DNA of 64,000 bases from Auanema rhodensis (taxonomy: Eukaryota; Animalia; Nematoda): assembly GCA_964057225.1 (NCBI GenBank), contig OZ059896.1, positions 20,398,001 to 20,462,000 on the forward strand, read 5' to 3'. The stretch's first letter is position 1; each line of letters starts with the position of its first letter. Shown piece by piece: positions 51,801-64,000 of the stretch. The notes beneath the pieces were generated by a model. That model was not told where the DNA came from, did not search any database, and worked only from the letters and a program-made list of their open reading frames with translations. Both the position numbers and the translations under genes were made by a program.

Positions 51801-54800
51801 GAAACGCTTAATACAAAAATTAGTTATGATCGTTTGAAAAATGATGCATTAGTGTATGTTGAGTTTCCATGTACACTCAACATTGCTTCCAAAAACATTT
51901 TGACAAAAATTTTTTCGAAAAATTTCAAAATAATTTAGCAAAAAGTAGATGTTTTTAGATTCCTTTATTCAAGGCAAAGACGATGGACAATGTTATTCAA
52001 CGAAAAAATTAATTCTCCAGGGTGAAAATCGAGGATATAAGTGTGAACTTATATCAGTTGATATCTCGGTGCATTTTTAAGCTAGCGCAAATCTGATAAC
52101 ACAGATCGACGCAGCTTAAAAATCCGCATCGAATGCACTATACTACATTGAAAAACGCTTAATACAAAAATTAGTTATGATCGTTTGAAAAATGATGCAT
52201 TAGTGTATGTTGAGTTTCCATGTACACTCAACATTGCTTCCAAAAACATTTTGACAAAAATTTTTTCGAAAAATTTCGAAATAATTTAGCAAAAAGTAGA
52301 TGTTTTTAGATTCCTTTTTTCAAGGCAAAGACGATGGACAATGTTATTCAACGGAAAAAGTATTTCTTCAGGGTGAAAATCGAGGATATAAGTGTGAACT
52401 TATATCAGTTGATATCTCGGTGCATTTTTAAGCTAGCGCAAATCTGATAACACAGATCGACGCAGCTTAAAAATCCGCATCGAATGCACTATACTACATT
52501 GAGAAACGCTTAATACAAAAATTAGTTATGATCGTTTGAAAAATGATGCATTAGTGTATGTTGAGTTTCCATGTACACTCAACATTGCTTCCAAAAACAT
52601 TTTGACAAAAATTTTTTCGAAAAATTTCAAAATAATTTAGCAAAAAGTAGATGTTTTTAGATTCCAGTTTTCAAGGCAAAGACGATGGACAATGTTATTC
52701 AACGAAAAAATTAATTCTTCAGGGTGAAAATCGAGGATATATGTGTGAACTTATATCAGTTGATATCTCGGTGCATTTTTAAGCTAGCGCAAATCTGATA
52801 ACACAGATCGACGCAGCTTAAAAATCCGCATCGAATGCACTATACTACATTGAGAAACGCTTAATACAAAAATTAGTTATGATCGTTTGAAAAATGATGC
52901 ATTAGTGTATGTTGAGTTTCCATGTACACTCAACATTGCTTCCAAAAACATTTTGACAAAAATTTTTTCGAAAAATTTCAAAATAATTTAGCAAAAAGTA
53001 GATGTTTTTAGATTCCTTTTTTCAAGGCAAAGACGATGGACAATGTTATTCAACGAAAAAATTATTCCTTCAGGGTGAAAATCGAGGATATAAGTGTGAA
53101 CTTATATCAGTTGATATCTCGGTGCATTTTTAAGCTAGCGCAAATCTGATAACAGAGATCGACGCAGCTTAAAAATCCGCATCGAATGCACTATACTACA
53201 TTGAAAAACGCTTAATACAAAAATTAGTTATGATCGTTTGAAAAATGATGCATTAGTGTATGTTGAGTTTCCATGTACACTCAACATTGCTTCCAAAAAC
53301 ATTTTGACAAAAATTTTTTCGAAAAATTTCAAAATAATTTAGCAAAAAGTAGATGTTTTTAGATTCCTTTATTCAAGGCAAAGACGATGGACAATGTTAT
53401 TCAACGAAAAAATTAATTCTTCAGGGTGAAAATCGAGGATATAAGTGTGAACTTATATCAGTTGATATCTCGGTGCATTTTTAAGCTAGCGCAAATCTGA
53501 TAACACAGATCGACGCAGCTTAAAAATCCGCATCGAATGCACTATACTACATTGAGAAACGCTTAATACAAAAATTAGTTATGATCGTTTGAAAAATGAT
53601 GCATTAGTGTATGTTGAGTTTCCATGTACACTCAACATTGCTTCCAAAAACATTTTAACAAAAATTTTTTCGAAAAATTTCGAAATAATTTAGCAAAAAG
53701 TAGATGTTTTTAGATTCCTTTTTTCAAGGCAAAGACGATGGACAATGTTATTCAACGGAAAAAGTATTTCTTCAGGGTGAAAATCGAGGATATAAGTGTG
53801 AACTTATATCAGTTGATATCTCGGTGCATTTTCAAGCTAGCGCAAATCTGATAACACAGATCGACGCAGCTTAAAAATCCGCATCGAATGCACTATACTA
53901 CATTGAGAAACGCTTAATACAAAAATTAGTTATGATCGTTTGAAAAATGATGCATTAGTGTATGTTGAGTTTCCATGTACACTCAACATTGCTTCCAAAA
54001 ACATTTTGACAAAAATTTTTTCGAAAAATTTCAAAATAATTTAGCAAAAAGTAGATGTTTTTAAATTCCAGTTTTCAAGGCAAAGACGATGGACAATGTT
54101 ATTCAACGAAAAAATTATTCCTTCAGGGTGAAAATCGAGGATATAAGTGTGAACTTATATCAGTTGATATCTCGGTGCATTTTTAAGCTAGCGCAAATCT
54201 GATAACAGAGATCGACGCAGCTTAAAAATCCGCATCGAATGCACTATACTACATTGAGAAACGCTTAATACAAAAATTAGTTATGATCGTTTGAAAAATG
54301 ATGCATTAGTGTATGTTGAGTTTCCATGTACACTCAACATTGCTTCCAAAAACATTTTGACAAAAATTTTTTCGAAAAATTTCAAAATAATTCAGCAAAA
54401 AGTAGATGTTTTTAGATTCCAGTTTTCAAGGCAAAGACGATGGACAATGTTATTCAACGAAAAAATTAATTCTTCAGGGTGAAAATCGAGGATATATGTG
54501 TGAACTTATATCAGTTGATATCTCGGTGCATTTTTAAGCTAGCGCAAATCTGATAACACAGATCGACGCAGCTTAAAAATCCGCATCGAATGCACTATAC
54601 TACATTGAGAAACGCTTAATACAAAAATTAGTTATGATCGTTTGAAAAATGATGCATTAGTGTATGTTGAGTTTCCATGTACACTCAACATTGCTTCCAA
54701 AAACATTTTGACAAAAATTTTTTCGAAAAATTTCGAAATAATTTAGCAAAAAGTAGATGTTTTTAGATTCCTTTTTTCAAGGCAAAGACGATGGACAATG

Positions 54801-55452
54801 TTATTCAACGGAAAAAGTATTTCTTCAGGGTGAAAATCGAGGATATAAGTGTGAACTTATATCAGTTGATATCTCGGTGCATTTTCAAGCTAGCGCAAAT
54901 CTGATAACACAGATCGACGCAGCTTAAAAATCCGCATCGAATGCACTATACTACATTGAGAAACGCTTAATACAAAAATTAGTTATGATCGTTTGAAAAA
55001 TGATGCATTAGTGTATGTTGAGTTTCCATGTACACTCAACATTGCTTCCAAAAACATTTTGACAAAAATTTTTTCGAAAAATTTCAAAATAATTTAGCAA
55101 AAAGTAGATGTTTTTAAATTCCAGTTTTCAAGGCAAAGACGATGGACAATGTTATTCAACGAAAAAATTAATTCTTCAGGGTGAAAATCGAGGATATATG
55201 TGTGAACTTATATCAGTTGATATCTCGGTGCATTTTTAAGCTAGCGCAAATCTGATAACAGAGATCGACGCAGCTTAAAAATCCGCATCGAATGCACTAT
55301 ACTACATTGAGAAACGCTTAATACAAAAATTAGTTATGATCGTTTGAAAAATGATGCATTAGTGTATGTTGAGTTTCCATGTACACTCAACATTGCTTCC
55401 AAAAACATTTTGACAAAAATTTTTTCGAAAAATTTCGAAATAATTTAGCAAA
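40711..55452. repeat. Large duplicated block, copy B (paralog of ~2809-18252)
   Basis: See copy A. Offsets are 37902, 39657 and 37200 bp, equal to 108, 113 and 106 monomers minus 6 bp. Confidence 0.85.
42115..47379. repeat. Local 5-mer higher-order repeat (1755 bp x3)
   Basis: CACTGTAC variant at 43014, 44769, 46524 (and 48279); monomer-type order repeats every 5 units. Confidence 0.85.
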
Positions 55453-58400
55453 AAGTAGATGTTTTTAGATTCCTTTTTTCAAGGCAAAGACGATGGACAA
55501 TGTTATTCAACGGAAAAAGTATTTCTTCAGGGTGAAAATCGAGGATATAAGTGTGAACTTATATCAGTTGATATCTCGGTGCATTTTTAAGCTAGCGCAA
55601 ATCTGATAACAGAGATCGACGCAGCTTAAAAATCCGCATCGAATGCACTATACTACATTGAGAAACGCTTAATACAAAAATTAGTTATGATCGTTTGAAA
55701 AATGATGCATTAGTGTATGTTGAGTTTCCATGTACACTCAACATTGCTTCCAAAAACATTTTGACAAAAATTTTTTCGAAAAATTTCGAAATAATTTAGC
55801 AAAAAGTAGATGTTTTTAGATTCCTTTTTTCAAGGCAAAGACGATGGACAATGTTATTCAACGGAAAAAGTATTTCTTCAGGGTGAAAATCGAGGATATA
55901 AGTGTGAACTTATATCAGTTGATATCTCGGTGCATTTTTAAGCTAGCGCAAATCTGATAACACAGATCGACGCAGCTTAAAAATCCGCATCGAATGCACT
56001 ATACTACATTGAAAAACGCTTAATACAAAAATTAGTTATGATCGTTTGAAAAATGATGCATTAGTGTATGTTGAGTTTCCATGTACACTCAACATTGCTT
56101 CCAAAAACATTTTGACAAAAATTTTTTCGAAAAATTTCGAAATAATTTAGCAAAAAGTAGATGTTTTTAGATTCCTTTTTTCAAGGCAAAGACGATGGAC
56201 AATGTTATTCAACGGAAAAAGTATTTCTTCAGGGTGAAAATCGAGGATATAAGTGTGAACTTATATCAGTTGATATCTCGGTGCATTTTTAAGCTAGCGC
56301 AAATCTGATAACACAGATCGACGCAGCTTAAAAATCCGCATCGAATGCACTATACTACATTGAGAAACGCTTAATACAAAAATTAGTTATGATCGTTTGA
56401 AAAATGATGCATTAGTGTATGTTGAGTTTCCATGTACACTCAACATTGCTTCCAAAAACATTTTGACAAAAATTTTTTCGAAAAATTTCGAAATAATTTA
56501 GCAAAAAGTAGATGTTTTTAGATTCCTTTTTTCAAGGCAAAGACGATGGACAATGTTATTCAACGGAAAAAGTATTTCTTCAGGGTGAAAATCGAGGATA
56601 TAAGTGTAAACTTATATCAGTTGATATCTCGGTGCATTTTTAAGCTAGCGCAAATCTGATAACACAGATCGACGCAGCTTAAAAATCCGCATCGAATGCA
56701 CTATACTACATTGAGAAACGCTTAATACAAAAATTAGTTATGATCGTTTGAAAAATGATGCATTAGTGTATGTTGAGTTTCCATGTACACTCAACATTGC
56801 TTCCAAAAACATTTTGACAAAAATTTTTTCGAAAAATTTCAAAATAATTTAGCAAAAAGTAGATGTTTTTAGATTCCATTTTTCAAGGCAAAGACGATGG
56901 ACAATGTTATTCAACGAAAAAATCATTCCTTCAGGGTGAAAATCGAGGATATAAGTGTGAACTTATATCAGTTGATATCTCGGTGCATTTTTAAGCTAGC
57001 GCAAATCTGATAACAGAGATCGACGCAGCTTAAAAATCCGCATCGAATGCACTATACTACATTGAGAAACGCTTAATACAAAAATTAGTTATGATCGTTT
57101 GAAAAATGATGCATTAGTGTATGTTGAGTTTCCATGTACACTCAACATTGCTTCCAAAAACATTTTGACAAAAATTTTTTCGAAAAATTTCGAAATAATT
57201 TAGCAAAAAGTAGATGTTTTTAGATTCCTTTTTTCAAGGCAAAGACGATGGACAATGTTATTCAACGGAAAAAGTATTTCTTCAGGGTGAAAATCGAGGA
57301 TATAAGAGTGAACTTATATCAGTTGATATCTCGGTGCATTTTTAAGCTAGCGCAAATCTGATAACAGAGATCGACGCAGCTTAAAAATCCGCATCGAATG
57401 CACTATACTACATTGAAAAACGCTTAATACAAAAATTAGTTATGATCGTTTGAAAAATGATGCATTAGTGTATGTTGAGTTTCCATGTACACTCAACATT
57501 GCTTCCAAAAACATTTTGACAAAAATTTTTTCGAAAAATTTCAAAATAATTTAGCAAAAAGTAGATGTTTTTAGATTCCAGTTTTCAAGGCAAAGACGAT
57601 GGACAATGTTATTCAACGAAAAAATTAATTCTTCAGGGTGAAAATCGAGGATATAAGTGTGAACTTATATCAGTTGATATCTCGTTGCATTTTTAAGCTA
57701 GCGCAAATCTGATAACAGAGATCGACGCAGCTTAAAAATCCGCATCGAATGCACTATACTACATTGAAAAACGCTTAATACAAAAATTAGTTATGATCGT
57801 TTGAAAAATGATGCATTAGTGTATGTTGAGTTTCCATGTACACTCAACATTGCTTCCAAAAACATTTTGACAAAAATTTTTTCGAAAAATTTCAAAATAA
57901 TTTAGCAAAAAGTAGATGTTTTTAGATTCCATTTTTCAAGGCAAAGACGATGGACAATGTTATTCAACGAAAAAATTAATTCTTCAGGGTGAAAATCGAG
58001 GATATAAGAGTGAACTTATATCAGTTGATATCTCGGTGCATTTTTAAGCTAGCGCAAATCTGATAACACAGATCGACGCAGCTTAAAAATCCGCATCGAA
58101 TGCACTATACTACATTGAAAAACGCTTAATACAAAAATTAGTTATGATCGTTTGAAAAATGATGCATTAGTGTATGTTGAGTTTCCATGTACACTCAACA
58201 TTGCTTCCAAAAACATTTTGACAAAAATTTTTTCGAAAAATTTCAAAATAATTTAGCAAAAAGTAGATGTTTTTAGATTCCAGTTTTCAAGGCAAAGACG
58301 ATGGACAATGTTATTCAACGAAAAAATTAATTCTTCAGGGTGAAAATCGAGGATATAAGTGTGAACTTATATCAGTTGATATCTCGGTGCATTTTTAAGC

Positions 58401-61400
58401 TAGCGCAAATCTGATAACAGAGATCGACGCAGCTTAAAAATCCGCATCGAATGCACTATACTACATTGAGAAACGCTTAATACAAAAATTAGTTATGATC
58501 GTTTGAAAAATGATGCATTAGTGTATGTTGAGTTTCCATGTACACTCAACATTGCTTCCAAAAACATTTTGACAAAAATTTTTTCGAAAAATTTCAAAAT
58601 AATTTAGCAAAAAGTAGATGTTTTTAGATTCCATTTTTCAAGGCAAAGACGATGGACAATGTTATTCAACGAAAAAATTATTCCTTCAGGGTGAAAATCG
58701 AGGATATAAGTGTGAACTTATATCAGTTGATATCTCGGTGCATTTTTAAGCTAGCGCAAATCTGATAACAGAGATCGACGCAGCTTAAAAATCCGCATCG
58801 AATGCACTATACTACATTGAGAAACGCTTAATACAAAAATTAGTTATGATCGTTTGAAAAATGATGCATTAGTGTATGTTGAGTTTCCATGTACACTCAA
58901 CATTGCTTCCAAAAACATTTTGACAAAAATTTTTTCGAAAAATTTCGAAATAATTTAGCAAAAAGTAGATGTTTTTAGATTCCTTTTTTCAAGGCAAAGA
59001 CGATGGACAATGTTATTCAACGGAAAAAGTATTTCTTCAGGGTGAAAATCGAGGATATAAGTGTGAACTTATATCAGTTGATATCTCGGTGCATTTTTAA
59101 GCTAGCGCAAATCTGATAACACAGATCGACGCAGCTTAAAAATCCGCATCGAATGCACTATACTACATTGAGAAACGCTTAATACAAAAATTAGTTATGA
59201 TCGTTTGAAAAATGATGCATTAGTGTATGTTGAGTTTCCATGTACACTCAACATTGCTTCCAAAAACATTTTGACAAAAATTTTTTCGAAAAATTTCGAA
59301 ATAATTTAGCAAAAAGTAGATGTTTTTAGATTCCTTTTTTCAAGGCAAAGACGATGGACAATGTTATTCAACGGAAAAAGTATTTCTTCAGGGTGAAAAT
59401 CGAGGATATAAGTGTAAACTTATATCAGTTGATATCTCGGTGCATTTTTAAGCTAGCGCAAATCTGATAACACAGATCGACGCAGCTTAAAAATCCGCAT
59501 CGAATGCACTATACTACATTGAGAAACGCTTAATACAAAAATTAGTTATGATCGTTTGAAAAATGATGCATTAGTGTATGTTGAGTTTCCATGTACACTC
59601 AACATTGCTTCCAAAAACATTTTGACAAAAATTTTTTCGAAAAATTTCAAAATAATTTAGCAAAAAGTAGATGTTTTTAGATTCCATTTTTCAAGGCAAA
59701 GACGATGGACAATGTTATTCAACGAAAAAATTATTCCTTCAGGGTGAAAATCGAGGATATAAGTGTGAACTTATATCAGTTGATATCTCGGTGCATTTTT
59801 AAGCTAGCGCAAATCTGATAACAGAGATCGACGCAGCTTAAAAATCCGCATCGAATGCACTATACTACATTGAGAAACGCTTAATACAAAAATTAGTTAT
59901 GATCGTTTGAAAAATGATGCATTAGTGTATGTTGAGTTTCCATGTACACTCAACATTGCTTCCAAAAACATTTTGACAAAAATTTTTTCGAAAAATTTCG
60001 AAATAATTTAGCAAAAAGTAGATGTTTTTAGATTCCTTTTTTCAAGGCAAAGACGATGGACAATGTTATTCAACGGAAAAAGTATTTCTTCAGGGTGAAA
60101 ATCGAGGATATAAGTGTGAACTTATATCAGTTGATATCTCGGTGCATTTTTAAGCTAGCGCAAATCTGATAACACAGATCGACGCAGCTTAAAAATCCGC
60201 ATCGAATGCACTATACTACATTGAGAAACGCTTAATACAAAAATTAGTTATGATCGTTTGAAAAATGATGCATTAGTGTATGTTGAGTTTCCATGTACAC
60301 TCAACATTGCTTCCAAAAACATTTTGACAAAAATTTTTTCGAAAAATTTCAAAATAATTTAGCAAAAAGTAGATGTTTTTAGATTCCAGTTTTCAAGGCA
60401 AAGACGATGGACAATGTTATTCAACGAAAAAATTAATTCTTCAGGGTGAAAATCGAGGATATATGTGTGAACTTATATCAGTTGATATCTCGGTGCATTT
60501 TTAAGCTAGCGCAAATCTGATAACACAGATCGACGCAGCTTAAAAATCCGCATCGAATGCACTATACTACATTGAGAAACGCTTAATACAAAAATTAGTT
60601 ATGATCGTTTGAAAAATGATGCATTAGTGTATGTTGAGTTTCCATGTACACTCAACATTGCTTCCAAAAACATTTTGACAAAAATTTTTTCGAAAAATTT
60701 CAAAATAATTTAGCAAAAATTAGATGTTTTTAGATTCCTTTTTTCAAGGCAAAGACGATGGACAATGTTATTCAACGAAAAAATTATTCCTTCAGGGTGA
60801 AAATCGAGGATATAAGTGTGAACTTATATCAGTTGATATCTCGGTGCATTTTTAAGCTAGCGCAAATCTGATAACAGAGATCGACGCAGCTTAAAAATCC
60901 GCATCGAATGCACTATACTACATTGAAAAACGCTTAATACAAAAATTAGTTATGATCGTTTGAAAAATGATGCATTAGTGTATGTTGAGTTTCCATGTAC
61001 ACTCAACATTGCTTCCAAAAACATTTTGACAAAAATTTTTTCGAAAAATTTCAAAATAATTTAGCAAAAAGTTGATGTTTTTAGATTCCATTTTTCAAGG
61101 CAAAGACGATGGACAATGTTATTCAACGAAAAAATTAATTCTTCAGGGTGAAAATCGAGGATATAAGAGTGAACTTATATCAGTTGATATCTCGGTGCAT
61201 TTTTAAGCTAGCGCAAATCTGATAACAGAGATCGACGCAGCTTAAAAATCCGCATCGAATGCACTATACTACATTGAAAAACACTTAATACAAAAATTAG
61301 TTATGATCGTTTGAAAAATGATGCATTAGTGTATGTTGAGTTTCCATGTACACTCAACATTGCTTCCAAAAACATTTTGACAAAAATTTTTTCGAAAAAT

Positions 61401-64000
61401 TTCAAAATAATTTAGCAAAAAGTAGATGTTTTTAGATTCCAGTTTTCAAGGCAAAGACGATGGACAATGTTATTCAACGAAAAAATTAATTCTTCAGGGT
61501 GAAAATCGAGGATATAAGTGTGAACTTATATCAGTTGATATCTCGTTGCATTTTTAAGCTAGCGCAAATCTGATAACAGAGATCGACGCAGCTTAAAAAT
61601 CCGCATCGAATGCACTATACTACATTGAAAAACGCTTAATACAAAAATTAGTTATGATCGTTTGAAAAATGATGCATTAGTGTATGTTGAGTTTCCATGT
61701 ACACTCAACATTGCTTCCAAAAACATTTTGACAAAAATTTTTTCGAAAAATTTCAAAATAATTTAGCAAAAAGTAGATGTTTTTAGATTCCATTTTTCAA
61801 GGCAAAGACGATGGACAATGTTATTCAACGAAAAAATTAATTCTTCAGGGTGAAAATCGAGGATATAAGAGTGAACTTATATCAGTTGATATCTCGGTGC
61901 ATTTTTAAGCTAGCGCAAATCTGATAACACAGATCGACGCAGCTTAAAAATCCGCATCGAATGCACTATACTACATTGAAAAACGCTTAATACAAAAATT
62001 AGTTATGATCGTTTGAAAAATGATGCATTAGTGTATGTTGAGTTTCCATGTACACTCAACATTGCTTCCAAAAACATTTTGACAAAAATTTTTTCGAAAA
62101 ATTTCAAAATAATTTAGCAAAAAGTAGATGTTTTTAGATTCCATTTTTCAAGGCAAAGACGATGGACAATGTTATTCAACGAAAAAATTAATTCTTCAGG
62201 GTGAAAATCGAGGATATAAGTGTGAACTTATATCAGTTGATATCTCGGTGCATTTTTAAGCTAGCGCAAATCTGATAACAGAGATCGACGCAGCTTAAAA
62301 ATCCGCATCGAATGCACTATACTACATTGAGAAACGCTTAATACAAAAATTAGTTATGATCGTTTGAAAAATGATGCATTAGTGTATGTTGAGTTTCCAT
62401 GTACACTCAACATTGCTTCCAAAAACATTTTGACAAAAATTTTTTCGAAAAATTTCGAAATAATTTAGCAAAAAGTAGATGTTTTTAGATTCCTTTTTTC
62501 AAGGCAAAGACGATGGACAATGTTATTCAACGGAAAAAGTATTTCTTCAGGGTGAAAATCGAGGATATAAGTGTGAACTTATATCAGTTGATATCTCGGT
62601 GCATTTTTAAGCTAGCGCAAATCTGATAACACAGATCGACGCAGCTTAAAAATCCGCATCGAATGCACTATACTACATTGAGAAACGCTTAATACAAAAA
62701 TTAGTTATGATCGTTTGAAAAATGATGCATTAGTGTATGTTGATTTTCCATGTACACTCAACATTGCTTCCAAAAACATTTTGACAAAAATTTTTTCGAA
62801 AAATTTCAAAATAATTTAGCAAAAAGTAGATGTTTTTAGATTCCAGTTTTCAAGGCAAAGACGATGGACAATGTTATTCAACGAAAAAATTAATTCTTCA
62901 GGGTGAAAATCGAGGATATATGTGTGAACTTATATCAGTTGATATCTCGGTGCATTTTTAAGCTAGCGCAAATCTGATAACACAGATCGACGCAGCTTAA
63001 AAATCCGCATCGAATGCACTATACTACATTGAGAAACGCTTAATACAAAAATTAGTTATGATCGTTTGAAAAATGATGCATTAGTGTATGTTGAGTTTCC
63101 ATGTACACTCAACATTGCTTCCAAAAACATTTTGACAAAAATTTTTTCGAAAAATTTCAAAATAATTTAGCAAAAAGTAGATGTTTTTAGATTCCTTTTT
63201 TCAAGGCAAAGACGATGGACAATGTTATTCAACGAAAAAATTATTCCTTCAGGGTGAAAATCGAGGATATAAGTGTGAACTTATATCAGTTGATATCTCG
63301 GTGCATTTTTAAGCTAGCGCAAATCTGATAACAGAGATCGACGCAGCTTAAAAATCCGCATCGAATGCACTATACTACATTGAAAAACGCTTAATACAAA
63401 AATTAGTTATGATCGTTTGAAAAATGATGCATTAGTGTATGTTGAGTTTCCATGTACACTCAACATTGCTTCCAAAAACATTTTGACAAAAATTTTTTCG
63501 AAAAATTTCAAAATAATTTAGCAAAAAGTTGATGTTTTTAGATTCCATTTTTCAAGGCAAAGACGATGGACAATGTTATTCAACGAAAAAATTAATTCTT
63601 CAGGGTGAAAATCGAGGATATAAGAGTGAACTTATATCAGTTGATATCTCGGTGCATTTTTAAGCTAGCGCAAATCTGATAACAGAGATCGACGCAGCTT
63701 AAAAATCCGCATCGAATGCACTATACTACATTGAAAAACGCTTAATACAAAAATTAGTTATGATCGTTTGAAAAATGATGCATTAGTGTATGTTGAGTTT
63801 CCATGTACACTCAACATTGCTTCCAAAAACATTTTGACAAAAATTTTTTCGAAAAATTTCAAAATAATTTAGCAAAAAGTAGATGTTTTTAGATTCCTTT
63901 TTTCAAGGCAAAGACGATGGACAATGTTATTCAACGAAAAAATTATTCCTTCAGGGTGAAAATCGAGGATATAAGTGTGAACTTATATCAGTTGATATCT

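Larger units (their letters stand above)
1..64000. repeat. Tandem satellite DNA array, 351-bp monomer, 182 full copies + 124 bp partial, head-to-tail, extends beyond both window edges
   Basis: AAGTAGATGTTTTTAGATTCC recurs at 1, 352, 703 ... 7021 (=1+20x351) and 14041, then at 37201 (=1+106x351-6) and 63877 (=1+182x351-6). The only phase shifts are six 1-bp deletions. No non-repeat sequence seen. Confidence 0.99.

Noticed and set aside
54291-54482. Identical second 63-aa ORF
   Set aside because: Same variant (54393), copied by the large block duplication (offset 37200 = 106x351-6). It is not independent conservation.
1-64000. CRISPR array or repeat-spacer system
   Set aside because: There are no unique spacers; the entire 351-bp unit repeats. 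No cas genes are present.
1-64000. Rolling-circle concatemer or sequencing artefact
   Set aside because: Variants are recurrent, linked and hierarchically ordered with almost no random indels. That fits a genuinely evolved array rather than repeated reads of one circle.

Overview
The whole window is one uninterrupted head-to-tail tandem array of a 351-bp monomer. It holds 182 complete copies plus 124 bp, is about 32% GC by hand count of monomer 1, and its copies differ by only a few percent. There are no credible genes, RNA genes, transposon insertions, inversions or CRISPR spacers. It reads as eukaryotic satellite DNA, plausibly (peri)centromeric heterochromatin of an invertebrate since CpG is not depleted, but I cannot name the species or family. 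Below, mN means position N within the monomer (monomer 1 = window 1-351). The informative structure is at two levels. First, each monomer is densely packed with inverted repeats: a 9-bp stem with a GTGA loop, a ~67-nt long hairpin, a 9-bp stem with a 10-nt loop, and A/T quasi-palindromes. Several recurrent variants restore or extend these palindromes, including a compensatory T-A to C-G pair whose single-mutant intermediate is also present. Second, recurrent SNVs reveal local higher-order repeats (2-, 3-, 4-, 5-, 7-mers), recombinant monomers, regional variant domains, and a ~15-kb block duplicated 37-40 kb away whose two copies then expanded independently. The two 63-aa ORFs come from one TAG>CAG variant carried by that duplication. 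All variant calls were made by eye and need alignment to confirm.
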